Shown: positions 63,122 through 64,000 of the stretch, piece by piece
Layout of the letters: every line of letters begins with the position of its first letter
How positions within the stretch are numbered: the stretch's first letter is position 1
Assembly (NCBI GenBank): GCA_040767965.1
Contig: JAXGNR010000004.1
Location: 1-64,000 of the forward strand
Reading direction: 5' to 3'
Length of the DNA stretch: 64,000 nucleotides
Source of the DNA: Atribacterota bacterium
GTDB lineage: Bacteria; Atribacterota; Phoenicimicrobiia; Phoenicimicrobiales; Stramentimicrobiaceae
Notes under the pieces: model-generated
Seen by the model: the letters and a program-made list of their open reading frames with translations, nothing else
Databases searched by the model: none
Told to the model about the DNA's origin: nothing
Translations under genes and position numbers: made by a program

Positions 63122-63688
63122 TTGTCAGAAAGGAAGCATTTTAAATTGGAATATTCACACACGTCAATAATTATGAGCCAAAGGGATATTGACAGGACTT
63201 TGCTTAGAATGTCACATGAAATAATTGAAAAAAATAAAGGTGTGAAAGATTTAGGTATTATTGGTATTAAAACCAGAGGAGAGTATTTAGCCAGAAGGAT
63301 TGCTGAAATAGTATTTAACATTGAAAAAACTGCTATACCAGTAGGTGTTTTAGATATAACTCTCTACAGGGACGACTTAAAAGAAAAACAGCCCAATGCT
63401 ATTATCATGAAAACAGAAATACCATTTCAAGTTGAAGATAAAAAAATTTTACTGATAGATGATGTTCTCTATACTGGAAGAACAATCAGGGCAGCCATGG
63501 ACGCTATAGTTGATATGGGTAGGCCAAAATGTATTCAACTGGCAGTATTAATTGATCGAGGTCACCGGGAATTACCAATAAGAGCTGATTATGTTGGCAA
63601 AAACGTTCCTACTTCTCATCGTGAAATTGTTAAAGTAAGATTAGGTGAAATAGACTCAATGAACAAAGTAGAAATAATTAAAAAATAA
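63122..63688 (+). CDS. pyrR: PyrR pyrimidine regulator / uracil phosphoribosyltransferase
   Basis: 'LDITLYRDD', '[13 protein letters not shown]', '[16 protein letters not shown]'; start may be TTG 63146. Confidence 0.95.
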   Translation: MSERKHFKLEYSHTSIIMSQRDIDRTLLRMSHEIIEKNKGVKDLGIIGIKTRGEYLARRIAEIVFNIEKTAIPVGVLDITLYRDDLKEKQPNAIIMKTEIPFQVEDKKILLIDDVLYTGRTIRAAMDAIVDMGRPKCIQLAVLIDRGHRELPIRADYVGKNVPTSHREIVKVRLGEIDSMNKVEIIKK

Positions 63689-63779
63689 TTATATTTTTAA
63701 CCGTTTATGGTAGTTAGATTTTGCTAATGAAAGAGTTAATAACTGAAAATAGTTTTAAAGTCGAAGAAGGGGGATTGTT

Positions 63780-64000
63780 ATGCTGAAAGATGTTGCTAAT
63801 ATTATTCGGGGTTTATCGGTTGATGCCGTAGAAAAGGCCAACTCAGGACATCCGGGATTGCCTTTAGGTTGTGCTGAAATAGGTGCAGTATTATTTGGAG
63901 AAATACTAAAACATGATCCCGGCAAACCAGATTGGGTTGACCGGGATCGTTTTGTTCTGTCAGCTGGACATGGGTCAGCTCTATTATATGCATTATTACA
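63780..64000 (+). CDS. tkt: Transketolase, N-terminal part (runs off window)
   Basis: Manual translation [30 protein letters not shown]...[13 protein letters not shown]; absent from the ORF track. Confidence 0.93.
   Translation, partial: MLKDVANIIRGLSVDAVEKANSGHPGLPLGCAEIGAVLFGEILKHDPGKPDWVDRDRFVLSAGHGSALLYALL

Noticed and set aside
1-64000. Genome-wide reassignment of TAG to a sense codon
   Set aside because: mazF, pfk (TAG TAG), cobO and btuC end at natural positions with TAG, and the Ldh_2 paralogs end FPF-TAA and FPF-TAG at the same residue.

Overview
Low-GC bacterial chromosomal segment from an anaerobe-type genome (rubrerythrin, flavodoxin, B12-dependent RNR); the taxon cannot be established from this window. 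About 60 CDS; no rRNA, tRNA or CRISPR array was seen. 0.3-3.4 kb is an ABC exporter operon. 3.4-11.1 kb is an accessory cluster of small stand-alone genes (two toxin-antitoxin pairs, Fpg/Nei, VOC, hydrolase, methyltransferase, lipoprotein) separated by REP-like repeats and decayed fragments of a RAYT/IS200-like HUH transposase. 13.4-14.8 kb is an IS256. 21-28.8 kb is a c-di-GMP module with three class I riboswitches in front of a transglutaminase-like protein, a fragmented GGDEF-EAL gene and a BspA-like LRR lipoprotein, plus a PAS-GGDEF cyclase. 28.8-64 kb is mostly housekeeping: aminotransferase, pfk, cobalamin riboswitch with btuFCD and cobO, Rrf2-NifU-rubrerythrin, lepB, tandem Ldh_2 dehydrogenases, NatAB-like ABC, dacB, nrdJ, typA, argF, pyrR and a partial tkt. 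Several frameshifts sit in homopolymers and may be assembly errors. Two genes are interrupted by in-frame TAG codons with sensible sequence beyond them. All family calls come from motif recognition, not database searches.
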